Shown here in pieces: positions 8,582-19,105 of a stretch of 64,000 nt of DNA. Made by a program: the position numbers and the translations under genes. Position 1 is the first letter of the stretch. Each line of letters starts with the position of its first letter. Source of the DNA: a virus. Lineage: Duplodnaviria > Caudoviricetes. Where the stretch lies: IMG/VR virus record IMGVR_UViG_3300028591_000109, positions 77,568 to 141,567 of that record; one strand, written 5' to 3'. Under the pieces are notes generated by a model. The model was given only the letters and a program-made list of their open reading frames with translations, did no database searches and was not told the DNA's origin.

Positions 8582-8899
8582 TCAGAGGCCGAGAACAGCC
8601 TTCACGTCGTCGTCGGTGGCGAAGTGGTTCTCCATTGCCTCGCGGGCCTCGGGCGAGAGGTCCTGCAGCCCGAGGGAGTCGTCTTCTACGGACTGGCTGT
8701 TGACTTTGCCGGTGGCTATCTTGCCGTCGGGCGTCACGATGTCAACGGTGACACCGCCGTCGGCGGGCATTTGAAGTGTGCGCTGGTGTACGCGGATGTG
8801 TCGGAGTACGTTCGTGCCGTCCTCCAGCGTCTCGTAATACAGGTGAAGCTGCTGTGCGATGACATGCTTCAGTTTCGTTAGGTCTGTTGTTGTTGCCAT
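8582..8899 (-). CDS. Hypothetical structural-operon protein
   Basis: 105 aa; first gene after the promoter motif at 8928-8961. Confidence 0.65.
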   Translation of the reverse strand: MATTTDLTKLKHVIAQQLHLYYETLEDGTNVLRHIRVHQRTLQMPADGGVTVDIVTPDGKIATGKVNSQSVEDDSLGLQDLSPEAREAMENHFATDDDVKAVLGL

Positions 8900-8927
8900 G
8901 ATGTCTGTCTTTTGTTATGTTGTCGGC

Positions 8928-8961
8928 AATATAATGAGAGGCACGACAAGGGTCAAGGGCA
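8928..8961 (-). promoter_or_regulatory. Putative phage late promoter TGCCCTTGA-N19-TATATT
   Basis: One of five copies with identical spacing. Confidence 0.65.
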
Positions 8962-8997
8962 GCGGGAAAAACCACGCAATCAGTGCAGCATGAAATC

Positions 8998-10152
8998 TCA
9001 TGAAGTGCCCAACTTAACCCAGTAATAATTGCGACCTTCCTTGTACGACATGAGTCTATAGCTGCCGCCGTTGTGTTCATAGTTCCCGTTAAGCGTAAGC
9101 TGGTCAGATATAGATATACTCTGTGCAAAGTTCCCCTTCATACATGACGCATTGTCACATTGTCGTACATATAGACTGCCGACATAAAGTTGAGAGGATG
9201 GCTGCGTATATCGGGTGTCGACGATTTCAACGATTTTGCCCTCGTAGTCCTGTGCCCTCGGCAAAGTCACGGTTATGTCATCGGTGTCAGTCCCGGTAGC
9301 CTTGATGACAACAATATCTGCTGCGCCTGTACACTTCACCATAGGTTCACCTATCCCAACATTTTCGCTGGATAGCTGGCGGGCTTCTTCTTCCGTATAG
9401 TAGCCTCCGTAGGTAAAGTTGCCTATCCAGGGTTCTTCGCTGTACTCATCCAAAAAGTCGTTGTTACAGAATCCGACGGTGTAACTGCCCGAGATAGCTA
9501 CCGAATGAAAGAAGTTCGTCGCCCTTACCACTCCTCTGAACTCACCGCTTGTTGCATGAATCTCGCCCTTGACATACGCATCGTTCTGGTACGTCTTGCC
9601 CGTCAGTCCATCCACTGCGAAGTTCGGAGCGAACTTATACCCCGACTGAGGATTCGTGCTGACCGTCGGGTCGGACGGGTCGAACCATGCGTAGGGAATT
9701 TTTCCGCCGTACTGCAGGCTGACATTGTCGGCGTTGACGGTAATTCTCGTGCCGCTGCTGTCGACGAGCGTGCCATACTGTGAAATCATCCAGTCGCCGT
9801 TGATGATGAACGAGCCGAAGTGGGCATAGGGGCCGAAGAAGGCCTGGGCGATGTAGTACTGCATGGTGGACTGCATGAGCGTCCACGGCTTCGTGCCCTG
9901 CCCGCTCACGGGGTTGTAATTCGTGGCGGGGTCTTCGTTTTTGCTTTCACCTGTCTCGACGCCCTTAGTGCCGAAGTCGAGCATATAGAAACTGTCGCCG
10001 CGCTTTACGAAGGGTGCCTGCGTCTCCTGCATGGTGTATGTTGCGTCAGACGCCCATTCGTCAGCATAGTAATACCAGCGACCTACGTGGCCTGCTTTGC
10101 CGTCCTTCACCGCAGAGATTGTAAACGATGCGCTACTGACTCTTTTCTCCAT
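8998..10152 (-). CDS. Putative tail protein
   Basis: 384 aa; aromatic/Gly-rich; lower-GC C-terminal part. Confidence 0.65.
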   Translation of the reverse strand: MEKRVSSASFTISAVKDGKAGHVGRWYYYADEWASDATYTMQETQAPFVKRGDSFYMLDFGTKGVETGESKNEDPATNYNPVSGQGTKPWTLMQSTMQYYIAQAFFGPYAHFGSFIINGDWMISQYGTLVDSSGTRITVNADNVSLQYGGKIPYAWFDPSDPTVSTNPQSGYKFAPNFAVDGLTGKTYQNDAYVKGEIHATSGEFRGVVRATNFFHSVAISGSYTVGFCNNDFLDEYSEEPWIGNFTYGGYYTEEEARQLSSENVGIGEPMVKCTGAADIVVIKATGTDTDDITVTLPRAQDYEGKIVEIVDTRYTQPSSQLYVGSLYVRQCDNASCMKGNFAQSISISDQLTLNGNYEHNGGSYRLMSYKEGRNYYWVKLGTS

Positions 10153-10166
10153 GATACACAGATGCC

Positions 10167-11360
10167 TTAGGGATTGAAAATATCGTAAGTTGCTGCCAGC
10201 ATCACACCGCTGCCGTCGTCGCCGAGCGTTGTCGTCAGGTAGTCGTAGCCAACAACTATCTGGCCGCCGGTCACGCTGCCATCCACACCAGGCACGCTGA
10301 CGCTTTTAGTCACCTCCCACAGCCCCTTGTAGTCGCCGCTCTGCTGTGGCTGCTGGCCGGCCATAGGCGAGCCGGTGGAGGTGATAACCTTGTTCTCGAA
10401 GTCGTAGAGACGGCAGTAGAAATGCGTGTAGCGTGTGTCTATCGTGGTTGTGCTGGTGGTCTTACCCATCCATCCGGTGATGGTGACGCTCTGACCCTCG
10501 CGCAGGAAGATACCGCCCTTGTTGAGTGACGAAGTGTTGTCGGTGATGACAGAGTTGACGTACATCTTCTCTTCATCGGTCTCGTCGTCAATCTCCCAGA
10601 AGGCCGATGCCTGCACGGCGGCGCTTGCGCTGGATGGGTTCTCGGTGTAGAAGTCGCAGCGCAGCACGATATTGTCGGTGATGGCCGTGTCGGCGATGCT
10701 GAACCTCGCCACCCGCTCGCCGCTAACTGTCTCGGATGCGATGGTAGAGCCAATCTGCTGACCCGTACCCTCGTCGTACCACTTGGTCCAGAACTGGTCG
10801 TTCACCTGCGACGTGCCCACGTAGAGCCTTCCCTCGACTCTGGCCGTCGGCTGCGCACTCGTCACCATCACGTCGCCGCTCAGCTGTCCATAGTACCCGC
10901 TGGCCGACAACTCGGAAACTCTGACGGGCAAGGCGATGCTGAACGGCAGCTGCGCACCGCTGAGCTCCACCGAACCCGTCATCTCGATGATGTCGTTGTC
11001 GGTATTGCTGATGGTGGCGATGTTCTTCATAATGTTGATGGCCGGGAAGGATACGGTGCCAACCGTCTTCGTGGTCTTCTGGAAATAGCCCTCGTAGCCG
11101 TCGGTCGCACAAAGGCCGTTGGAGTCGAACGTCAGCGCTACGCCGTTGTATTTCCAGGTGTATGTGGCTGCGGCTCTCTTTTTGCCGCCGAGGTCGGTCT
11201 CCACCCACACCTGCGGGTGGGTCGTCGCCCAGTTAGGCACGCACTCGCCCGACTGCTTGTTAATACGCTGCGCCAGCGTGGTGTTGCTGCGCATGATGGC
11301 GTTGACGGTCTGTCCGTCGTGGATAGCCGTTATCGTGAATCGGTTACTTACAAGTCCCAT
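10167..11360 (-). CDS. Putative tail/baseplate structural protein
   Basis: Beta-rich ORF; likely start MGLVSNRF. Confidence 0.65.
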   Translation of the reverse strand: MGLVSNRFTITAIHDGQTVNAIMRSNTTLAQRINKQSGECVPNWATTHPQVWVETDLGGKKRAAATYTWKYNGVALTFDSNGLCATDGYEGYFQKTTKTVGTVSFPAINIMKNIATISNTDNDIIEMTGSVELSGAQLPFSIALPVRVSELSASGYYGQLSGDVMVTSAQPTARVEGRLYVGTSQVNDQFWTKWYDEGTGQQIGSTIASETVSGERVARFSIADTAITDNIVLRCDFYTENPSSASAAVQASAFWEIDDETDEEKMYVNSVITDNTSSLNKGGIFLREGQSVTITGWMGKTTSTTTIDTRYTHFYCRLYDFENKVITSTGSPMAGQQPQQSGDYKGLWEVTKSVSVPGVDGSVTGGQIVVGYDYLTTTLGDDGSGVMLAATYDIFNP

Positions 11361-11373
11361 ATCTCGTTCCTCC

Positions 11374-11625
11374 TTATTTCTTGTCATTACCTGCCTCGCC
11401 GTACTGGTAGCCGTTCTCAGCTATCAGCCGCTCGGCCTCCTGCTCACTGATCAGCTCGACGTCGAGCCCGCTGACGTACTCCTCGGGTTTCATCTGCATG
11501 CGCACACCGCGCAGCGCCTTCTCGCTGAGGATGAACCGCCCGTCCTTTGTCCTGTAACTGGTGTCTATCGCGCCGGCTCTGCGGGCCACGTCGGCGCTGG
11601 CCAGGAATGTTCCTTCTGCTCTCAT
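11374..11625 (-). CDS. Hypothetical protein
   Basis: 83 aa, fills the operon gap. Confidence 0.6.
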   Translation of the reverse strand: MRAEGTFLASADVARRAGAIDTSYRTKDGRFILSEKALRGVRMQMKPEEYVSGLDVELISEQEAERLIAENGYQYGEAGNDKK

Positions 11626-11652
11626 AGTCTATGTCGTTTTTTAATTGTTGTG

Positions 11653-12990
11653 TCACCATCTTGAAACCACGTAACGCCCATCGCTCGTTACGTATTTTCC
11701 CTCGCCGTCAACCACGAGCTTGTAGCAGCCCAGCAGCCAGATGTCAGGGTACACCTCCACGTTCTCGTAGCCCGTGCGGTAGAGGTCGGCATTGCTGATG
11801 CTTACCTCGCGTCCCCAGCCTACGACCGTCACCTCTGCCGAGTTCATGCCGTGACGCTTCCACTCCAGCCGGACATATTCGTCCACCACGTCGCCGCCGA
11901 CATCTAAGCCGTCGGCCTGCACGATGGCGGCAAAGTCTTTCGTTCCGGCCAGCGTCTTTCCCTCGCGAACGACGGTGCCGCCCTTGCTGTAGGGCAGCGC
12001 GTCGATATTGGGCCATTGCCACACGGCGGCTATATGGTCGCGTGCGGGGGTGTTGGGTGCCGTGGGCTTGGTGTAATACTGCTTGCCGGTGTTGACCGTC
12101 GTGTCGGCAGTGAGCACATACGCTCCGTCCGCCTGCTCATAGTAGCCCTTGGCGTGCGGATTGCCCGTAGGGCTGTAGACGGCCTCGTAGTAGCCGATGG
12201 CGACGGCGATGTCCAGCTGGTCGGCGAAGTCCATGTCGACGACGATGGTATCTGTGCCCTGCCCCTTGCCCGCCAGCTGGTTAGCATCACGGTAGAACAG
12301 GCACTCCAGCGTCTCGCCAATCAGCGTGTCGCCGGCATACCAGAAGAACACCACGCCAGTTGTCGCGTCCTCTTCGCCCAGTGCTGCCTTCGCTGACAGG
12401 CGGAACATACTGCCGTACTGCAGGGCGCCGCCGGCCAGCGGCGTGTCGCGCTTCTGCCAGATGGGGTTGAAGGTAAGCGTGCTCGGAGCCTGTATCTTTA
12501 CGCTGTAGAACGCCTCCGGCTTGTTCTCCGCAGTCAGCAGCACAAGCTCCTCTTCGGTATAAGCCTGCTTGCGCAGGTTGTCGGGGCAGGTCACGCGGCA
12601 GGCTATCGTCACCGGCGCGTCGTAGTTCACGTTCTTGCGCACCACCAGCCTGCCTGTCAGGTTCCCCTCTGCGTCGCACTCCTTGTAATAGTCGTCGCTC
12701 GTGGTCACCGATGTTATTTCGGTGTATTCACCATTGTTCACCAGATACCACTTCTGTTCGTAGCCCGACGTTACCGTCTCGCCGGTATCGGGGTCGGTGG
12801 CCTCGAAGTGAGGACGGAGAAACAGCGGGTGCAAGCGCCGGTTGGGAATCCACAGATCGTGGGGCACGTCCTGCGCCTGTGTCAGCGGACCTCCGTTCTC
12901 GCCCTCCTGAATGATGGAGAGCGTCGTGCTGAGCGGAGTCCTTGTCGTGGCGAACACCACGGGTACTGCTGTGTTGACAATTTTCTTCAT
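11653..12990 (-). CDS. Putative tail structural protein
   Basis: 445 aa; overlaps the upstream stop (ATGA); YYEQ..YVLTADTTVNTGKQYY module. Confidence 0.65.
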   Translation of the reverse strand: MKKIVNTAVPVVFATTRTPLSTTLSIIQEGENGGPLTQAQDVPHDLWIPNRRLHPLFLRPHFEATDPDTGETVTSGYEQKWYLVNNGEYTEITSVTTSDDYYKECDAEGNLTGRLVVRKNVNYDAPVTIACRVTCPDNLRKQAYTEEELVLLTAENKPEAFYSVKIQAPSTLTFNPIWQKRDTPLAGGALQYGSMFRLSAKAALGEEDATTGVVFFWYAGDTLIGETLECLFYRDANQLAGKGQGTDTIVVDMDFADQLDIAVAIGYYEAVYSPTGNPHAKGYYEQADGAYVLTADTTVNTGKQYYTKPTAPNTPARDHIAAVWQWPNIDALPYSKGGTVVREGKTLAGTKDFAAIVQADGLDVGGDVVDEYVRLEWKRHGMNSAEVTVVGWGREVSISNADLYRTGYENVEVYPDIWLLGCYKLVVDGEGKYVTSDGRYVVSRW

Positions 12991-14369
12991 ACTATTCTTA
13001 TCGTGTTAATTATTTCTGCTTCTTCGCCGTCGATGTCGGTAAACCTTGCGACACACTTGAACGACACCTTGCCGCTGCCTGTTTCCCACCCTTCCGGCAG
13101 GTCGGCATCTTTGACGTTGATGGTGCGCGTCACGCTCTTCAGCGGCGACGTCGGGTCGTCGGGGACGGTACGGGCTGTATTCTTCCACGTCTCGTCGAGA
13201 GCACTGTTTCGGCTCTCGCGTGTCCACTGCCATTCCGTCACCATGCTGCTGATGTCCTCCTGCGAGAAGAGCAGATAGGGGACAACCGTCTCGTCGATGT
13301 AGCCAGGCCGCACACTGATACCGCTCACTGGCAAAGGAGGGTCATCGTCAGAATAGAAGCCCAGCGAAATCGTTCCGCCGCTGACGTACCTCCATTCGTC
13401 AGAGCCGAACCACGGTTCCTGAGTGGTGCCGTCCGCTACGCATTCCCATAAGGCTCCCTTGTTCCACGCCCGGCTCGTCTCCAGCTCGTTCTCTTCCTCC
13501 CATCCCTTGCTCACGGTGGTCAGCTTCTCGTACAAATCGGCGTCGGTCAGTGACGAGTTATCGCTGTCGAGCCGCTTGGCAATGAAACGGTGGCGCGTCA
13601 GGCTCTCGCGGTGGTAGGGCTCGGCTATGGGCTCGCCGTTGGTGAAGGTCAGAGGCTCCGTGCCCTCCCAGCCGAGTGCAGCAGCCACGGCGGCGGGCAG
13701 TGTGCCGTCGGGAGTGCGCGTCCCAGTGGGGCCTCGGTAGATGACGTGCGGTGTCTGTGCCCACGAGCCACGGTCGGTGATGACCGTGCGCACGGGGTTG
13801 TCGGGCAGGTCGTCGGGGTTCAGCCGCCACCGGTTGTTGTATTCCTCTGTACCCAGTATGCCGGTGTCGAGGTCTACGGTGCGCTGGTTGTTCTCGTCGG
13901 GTGCAGACACCGTGCCCATCTTTATCCACCAGTAGTCGGGATGGTCTACTACCTTAGGGAATCCGCGTTCATCATACTGCCCGGCAAGACCATCCTGCAT
14001 GACATAGGAATACTTGTCGAACCATTGCCCCGCCAGCCCGTAAGGGTTGTCCGGGCCATACTGAGACTGCGCCGCAAAAACGAGGTAGGCGCTGCCATCG
14101 GTGACGTAAACCTCGCTTTTCTGAAGCCTGGCATAAATGGTGTAAGGACCATTGCCGCAGTTCAGCCTTCGGTTGCGTCCGGTCAGCGTCCATTCGCGGA
14201 AAGAGTTGGTGTTTGGATTAATACCGAGCCGTTCGACGCCGGGAGCAAAGACCTTGATCTTTGTGCCACGCGACACATAGACTGCAAGGTCGTTGGCCGT
14301 GCCGTTGCAGTTTGGCACGATGCTGATGGCCGACGGGGCTATGTAGTAGACAGGGGATGTACGAGCCAT
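12987..14369 (-). CDS. Putative tail structural protein
   Basis: 460 aa; first gene after the promoter motif. Confidence 0.65.
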   Translation of the reverse strand: MARTSPVYYIAPSAISIVPNCNGTANDLAVYVSRGTKIKVFAPGVERLGINPNTNSFREWTLTGRNRRLNCGNGPYTIYARLQKSEVYVTDGSAYLVFAAQSQYGPDNPYGLAGQWFDKYSYVMQDGLAGQYDERGFPKVVDHPDYWWIKMGTVSAPDENNQRTVDLDTGILGTEEYNNRWRLNPDDLPDNPVRTVITDRGSWAQTPHVIYRGPTGTRTPDGTLPAAVAAALGWEGTEPLTFTNGEPIAEPYHRESLTRHRFIAKRLDSDNSSLTDADLYEKLTTVSKGWEEENELETSRAWNKGALWECVADGTTQEPWFGSDEWRYVSGGTISLGFYSDDDPPLPVSGISVRPGYIDETVVPYLLFSQEDISSMVTEWQWTRESRNSALDETWKNTARTVPDDPTSPLKSVTRTINVKDADLPEGWETGSGKVSFKCVARFTDIDGEEAEIINTIRIV

Positions 14370-14398
14370 TGATTGTTATATCGCCTTTTGTTTCGCAC

Positions 14399-14432
14399 AT
14401 TATATATATAATGCGGATGAAGGTCAAGGGCA
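14399..14432 (-). promoter_or_regulatory. Putative late promoter TGCCCTTGA-N19-TATAAT (leftward)
   Basis: Motif copy, divergent from 14537-14570. Confidence 0.7.
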
Positions 14433-14447
14433 GGATTTCTATTCCGA

Positions 14448-14524
14448 GCCACAGAATTTTTATTATAGCCCACAGAAATTTCAAAGAAGCCCACAGAATT
14501 TTAATTTCAGCCCACAGAATTTTC
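14448..14524. repeat. Four CCACAGAA(T/A)TTT direct repeats at 20-21 bp spacing
   Basis: Seen directly between the divergent promoters. Confidence 0.8.
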
Positions 14525-14536
14525 GTTCCGCCTGCC

Positions 14537-14570
14537 TGCCCTTGATTCGCGCTCGCGTAATATATATAAT
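14537..14570 (+). promoter_or_regulatory. Putative late promoter TGCCCTTGA-N19-TATAAT (rightward)
   Basis: Motif copy 30 bp upstream of ATG 14601. Confidence 0.7.
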
Positions 14571-14600
14571 GTGTGCAAAACTAAGGCGATATAAAAAATC

Positions 14601-17489
14601 ATGGAACATCTTGCACTTGAGGTTTTCGACCTCGCTACTAAGGAGAACCCGAACCCTACCGGCAGCCAGTATGCCGTGCTGGAGCCGGACGCAACCATCA
14701 CCATCACCGACACGTCGGAGATTTTTGCTGACGGCGATGTGTGGTCCTACGACTTTACGCTGAACGTCCGCGCCAACGCGCACCTGTTCGCCACGGCTGG
14801 CGACATTCACGGCTCACGGTTGCACGAGCAGATCAATAAGCGGAAGGCCCGCCTGTGGGTGGAGGGCGTGCCGCTCTACTTAGGCTACCTGAAGCTCGGC
14901 GATGAAGCGGAGGTGGATGCGGAGGGCAACGTGGACGTCAGCTTCGAGAGCGGACAGAAAACGTTTGAGGAGTTGATAGAGGGAGCCAAGGCCAACCAGG
15001 TGCCGATGATAGGAAATGTCAAGATTGGCGTGGCACTCTGGCAGAAACGCCAAGTCTCTTACAATTTAAAACTCAGAGCGTCTGCTATTTTTGAGAATAA
15101 AAAAGAATCAAAGGATGGGGAGATAAAAGAAACCCTTAACGATTCTAACCTAATCACGTTTACAAGCGATGACGAACAGAACCCCGTCCAACAATACCCC
15201 AGGATGGTGTTTCCTGTGGGCACTTTCAAAGATTGGAGCGACTATAAGGACACTACCTACGATGTTAATGAACTCAACACTGACAGCCCTTATACCGAAA
15301 ACGAAAATGGTGTACCGACGCATCCGTTCTGTAATGTAGCATTATGTTATCAGCGGCAGGGTTATGAAAAGAAAAACGAAAGAGACGAACTGATACCAGA
15401 CTACACCAGCGAGCCGGAGGCGCAGCGAGGCTACGAATACATGCCCGCTAAACGTGTGAACTCCGCGCCAAACTTCTTTGTGCTCTACTGGTTCCGTGCA
15501 TTGATGAACCATCTTGGCATCTATATCGAAGAGAACCAAATGCTTGATGTAGAGGATTTGCGCAGACTATTCTTCGTGAACACCAATTGTGCGTACAAGG
15601 TGCCGAAAAGAAAATTCTACACGGGTGATGACATCAGCTGGTACCAATTCCTTCCAAGTACTGGCAGATTGGTGCCTGAATACTACAACATCGAGAAGAA
15701 TTTTAATAAAGAAGAAAGTGCATTTAAGAGCGTGGAAGACGGGTTTACCGTAAGCACACCGATAATAGATCCATCCACAGCCGCCTCACTTATCCCGCAG
15801 TCAATAATACCGACCATCGACCGCATTGCCGTTAAGGTAAGCGAAGTCAGCAAAAGCAACGAAGATGCACAGAAACACGTATATGAGAACAACAACCGCT
15901 GGCTCCATGATGCCTATGCCACGAGCGACTGTTTCCCGAATGTAGACATCTCGGAAGTCATCAATGCCATAGAGAGCGGATTCGGTGTGCGTCTGCTATT
16001 CAGCAACGACTATAAGCGGGTAAGGATTGTGCTGCTGCGCAATGTATTCCGGAACGAGGATGTACAGGACATAACGTGCGAGATTGTGGACGAGGATGTT
16101 AAGGTGGAGAATAATATCCGTGGCTTCCGCATGACCTACGGCAATACGGAGGACACCCATTTCTACTACAAGGGCTTTGCCGACATGTTGCCGCACAAGA
16201 AAGAACTGTGGGCAGACACAAGCGACGAGCATGACTATTCGCACTGGGATTTGAATGCCATCTATGCCAACATCATACACAAGGTGTCGGCCTTCGACAA
16301 GACCTGCTATGTGACACCCAACACAGGCAATGCCTATGGTATTAAGATTGACAAGGACGCCAAGCGTTATGACGAGCTACATCCATCGCTTTTCGGGTAC
16401 GGTGAGTTTATGGATGCCGAAGACGGCGACTGTACTGGCGAAGACGAGACCATCAAGACTGTCAACATGGGCTTCACCCCCGCCATTATGAACGACCTGA
16501 ACATGGAGGAAGAACGCGAAAACGGCTCACGCGAACAGCGGTTTGCTCTATTTGTCGGCGAGACGATGCGTCCTCGTCGGCCTGAACTGATAGAAGGCAC
16601 TGATTACAATGACCCTGAAACAGTATATCCTATGGATGGAGAATATGGGCTATACGGTGACAAGTCGAAGGCAAAGGATATGAAGTCAGACGGCATCGTA
16701 AAGCCTGGCGAGTTCGCAGTGAGGTCGGATATGTATGCCAGTGCGAGCGGTCTTAAAACCACAGTTCGCTATCTCCTCAAATACGTTGACATGTCTTTTT
16801 TCGACGGACCAGACTCCGTACCCGTGTATGCGCAATGGGATATTACTAACCTGAATATCGACGGTCATATCAACGAGGGCTACCGCCTGTATCTGCAGGA
16901 CAACTACGAACCTAACGACGACGGCATCTCGCCTATCGAGACGCACGACTGGGGCTTGACGCTGGGCATCATGCGCGGCAGCGGCAGCGACGCCTACGTA
17001 AACTACACGGCCGATCCTGACGACGGCGAGGGCAACGACACATGGGACATCATGGCCGGCAGCAGCGTGACGGCACACCCGGACACCTGCGACTCGTATG
17101 GCAACGAGTGGGACTACAACGGAGACGCTGAAGGGATAGGCGACCCCGACGGCAGGGTCAGCCTGAAGCTCCGGGCAGAAAAGCCTAACCCTTATTACAA
17201 CCCGCATCTGCCGGAGAGCGACAGCAACCGCCGTTATCTGCAGATTTCCAATAAGAACCTGCGGCAGCGCGGCCTCGCTGACCAGTTCTACAAGGAGTAC
17301 AGCTTCTGGGTGCGCAATGCCCGCATCGTGAAACGGACGGTACGCATGACGCTGGCACAGCTGCTGACCATCGACAAGACAAAACGTGTCAACGTAGGTG
17401 ACGTGACGGGATTCATCAGGAAGATGCAGTATTCGGTGAGTAACGAGACGGGGCTTGGCAATGTAACGATGGAGATAATGTATATATGA
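14601..17489 (+). CDS. Large phage structural (tail-hub-like) protein
   Basis: 962 aa ORF; N-terminal WSYDFTL..NAHLF pattern of Bacteroidales phage tail proteins. Confidence 0.7.
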   Translation: MEHLALEVFDLATKENPNPTGSQYAVLEPDATITITDTSEIFADGDVWSYDFTLNVRANAHLFATAGDIHGSRLHEQINKRKARLWVEGVPLYLGYLKLGDEAEVDAEGNVDVSFESGQKTFEELIEGAKANQVPMIGNVKIGVALWQKRQVSYNLKLRASAIFENKKESKDGEIKETLNDSNLITFTSDDEQNPVQQYPRMVFPVGTFKDWSDYKDTTYDVNELNTDSPYTENENGVPTHPFCNVALCYQRQGYEKKNERDELIPDYTSEPEAQRGYEYMPAKRVNSAPNFFVLYWFRALMNHLGIYIEENQMLDVEDLRRLFFVNTNCAYKVPKRKFYTGDDISWYQFLPSTGRLVPEYYNIEKNFNKEESAFKSVEDGFTVSTPIIDPSTAASLIPQSIIPTIDRIAVKVSEVSKSNEDAQKHVYENNNRWLHDAYATSDCFPNVDISEVINAIESGFGVRLLFSNDYKRVRIVLLRNVFRNEDVQDITCEIVDEDVKVENNIRGFRMTYGNTEDTHFYYKGFADMLPHKKELWADTSDEHDYSHWDLNAIYANIIHKVSAFDKTCYVTPNTGNAYGIKIDKDAKRYDELHPSLFGYGEFMDAEDGDCTGEDETIKTVNMGFTPAIMNDLNMEEERENGSREQRFALFVGETMRPRRPELIEGTDYNDPETVYPMDGEYGLYGDKSKAKDMKSDGIVKPGEFAVRSDMYASASGLKTTVRYLLKYVDMSFFDGPDSVPVYAQWDITNLNIDGHINEGYRLYLQDNYEPNDDGISPIETHDWGLTLGIMRGSGSDAYVNYTADPDDGEGNDTWDIMAGSSVTAHPDTCDSYGNEWDYNGDAEGIGDPDGRVSLKLRAEKPNPYYNPHLPESDSNRRYLQISNKNLRQRGLADQFYKEYSFWVRNARIVKRTVRMTLAQLLTIDKTKRVNVGDVTGFIRKMQYSVSNETGLGNVTMEIMYI

Positions 17490-17520
17490 TGCTAATTGTC
17501 GTATGACAGTACAAAAAAAA

Positions 17521-17907
17521 CTACTTCTTTCTGACAAATCTATCGCCAAAAATCCAAAACGTGTCGTTGTCAGGATTATAACTTCCGTTTATTTCGTCAC
17601 GCCACACATTGCCATAACTATTGACGTAAACAATGCGTAAATAAACAGTACTACCATATAAGTTGTACGTAAAGGAACCACCTACGTCGCCACCGGAATC
17701 GTACATGCCCGTACCATCAGAATTAAACGAGTAAGACCGTTTGTCACAAACCCATGTGCCAAGGATTTTTTTCTCGTACCAATTTTCGTAGTTATTACCA
17801 CCATCGCCATCGTCATCTTTGTTACAGGCGGTGAAACCAAGTGTGAATACACATGCAAGCGCCAGCACTGCTATGCGGCTTACGGAAAGGAATGTTTTTG
17901 TTTTCAT
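17521..17907 (-). CDS. Lipoprotein moron
   Basis: Start MKTKTF; lipobox FTAC followed by NKDDD; low GC; own TACATTTG promoter at 17935-17942. Confidence 0.75.
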   Translation of the reverse strand: MKTKTFLSVSRIAVLALACVFTLGFTACNKDDDGDGGNNYENWYEKKILGTWVCDKRSYSFNSDGTGMYDSGGDVGGSFTYNLYGSTVYLRIVYVNSYGNVWRDEINGSYNPDNDTFWIFGDRFVRKK

Positions 17908-17989
17908 TGTTTGTTCGTTGTAGCATTTCGTTTGCAAATGTACGGAAAAACGAGTGAATTGCCAAATGATCGTCGGAATAAATGTCGCT

Positions 17990-18023
17990 CGCCCTTGATT
18001 ATGGGCGGCAATGCGGCTATCTT
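17990..18023 (+). promoter_or_regulatory. Putative late promoter CGCCCTTGA-N19-TATCTT
   Basis: Motif copy upstream of ATG 18044. Confidence 0.6.
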
Positions 18024-18043
18024 CGAGGAAAAAGCAGCGACTT

Positions 18044-19102
18044 ATGGCAAACATCGTCATTATAGAAGGCCAGTTCAACAAGGACGGTTCCTACTTCGCC
18101 GACTCGCCGGTCATCATCCGTGTGTCTGGGCTGGCATGGCCGAGTATCAACCCCAGCCCGTTCACCGTCGTTCAGGTGAATGTAGTGTATGGTGACAAGG
18201 TGGTGGGCAACTTCCACGCCGATACGGGCGGTCAGACGGAAATCACGTTCGACATCTCGTCGGCACTACAGGCTATCTGGGCCGACTACGGCTACGCCGC
18301 CGAGCTGACTGCAGCCAACGGCAGGAGCAGCACCACGCGGGGCTACCGCAGCTACTCGATTGAGATGTACACCGAGTATATTGCCGATGGCGGAGTGTTC
18401 ACCACTTCGCCCACAGCGACGTTCCCAGGTGGAAAGTGCATGATAGGCGGGCTGACGGAGTGGGAGCGCAGCCGTGTGGGCAATGCCGACGCATCGACGC
18501 AGGAGTTCACCAACCTGCGCTACGGCGACGCATCGACCAAGCCGACCGGCACACCGGAGCGCGTGGGCAGCCTGAGCCCTACGTCGTGGGTGGACTTGAG
18601 CGCAAGCGGCACCACACAGCACTACTACGCTCCCGGCGCAACGATGGGCAACGACGGCCCCAGCGACCACGCTCCGCTGGTGCTGCGCGACAGCGTACCG
18701 TATGTCGATTTCCTCTTCCTGAACCGGCGCGGAGCCATTGAGACCTGCAGCGGGCAGACTTTGGAGTCGATGGGCATCAACGTGAAGGTGACGCAGTACA
18801 GTCGCACGGGGCGTCCGTCGTTCAACCCCGTGCGCTCGCTGATGGCCATCGGACAGGACGGACGGCGCTCGTGGCAGATGTCGAGCGGTTACGTTACTCG
18901 CGAGTGGGCCGAGTGGTGGGCACTGGAATTTCTGGGTGGCAAGCGCAAGCAGTGGTGGATGCGATACCCGATCGGAGATGCGAACGGAACGTATGTCCCC
19001 GTCATCGTGGAGCCGTCGAAGCAGAACATCAGCATCTATGACCGGTCGAAGCAGCAGATGGCGCACGTGGACTTCACGGTGACGCTGGCATTAGAAGGAT
19101 GA
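18044..19102 (+). CDS. Phage structural protein
   Basis: Start MANIVII; DFLFLNRRGAIET motif, similar to the FxNxxG pattern of Bacteroidetes phage tail proteins. Confidence 0.7.
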   Translation: MANIVIIEGQFNKDGSYFADSPVIIRVSGLAWPSINPSPFTVVQVNVVYGDKVVGNFHADTGGQTEITFDISSALQAIWADYGYAAELTAANGRSSTTRGYRSYSIEMYTEYIADGGVFTTSPTATFPGGKCMIGGLTEWERSRVGNADASTQEFTNLRYGDASTKPTGTPERVGSLSPTSWVDLSASGTTQHYYAPGATMGNDGPSDHAPLVLRDSVPYVDFLFLNRRGAIETCSGQTLESMGINVKVTQYSRTGRPSFNPVRSLMAIGQDGRRSWQMSSGYVTREWAEWWALEFLGGKRKQWWMRYPIGDANGTYVPVIVEPSKQNISIYDRSKQQMAHVDFTVTLALEG

Positions 19103-19105
19103 TTT

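Noticed and set aside
9565-9572. Sixth late-promoter copy (GCCCTTGA)
   Set aside because: Inside a gene, antisense, and lacks the TATAAT-like box at +19.
14448-14524. Mini-CRISPR
   Set aside because: Repeat of about 12 bp and spacers of about 8 bp are far too short.
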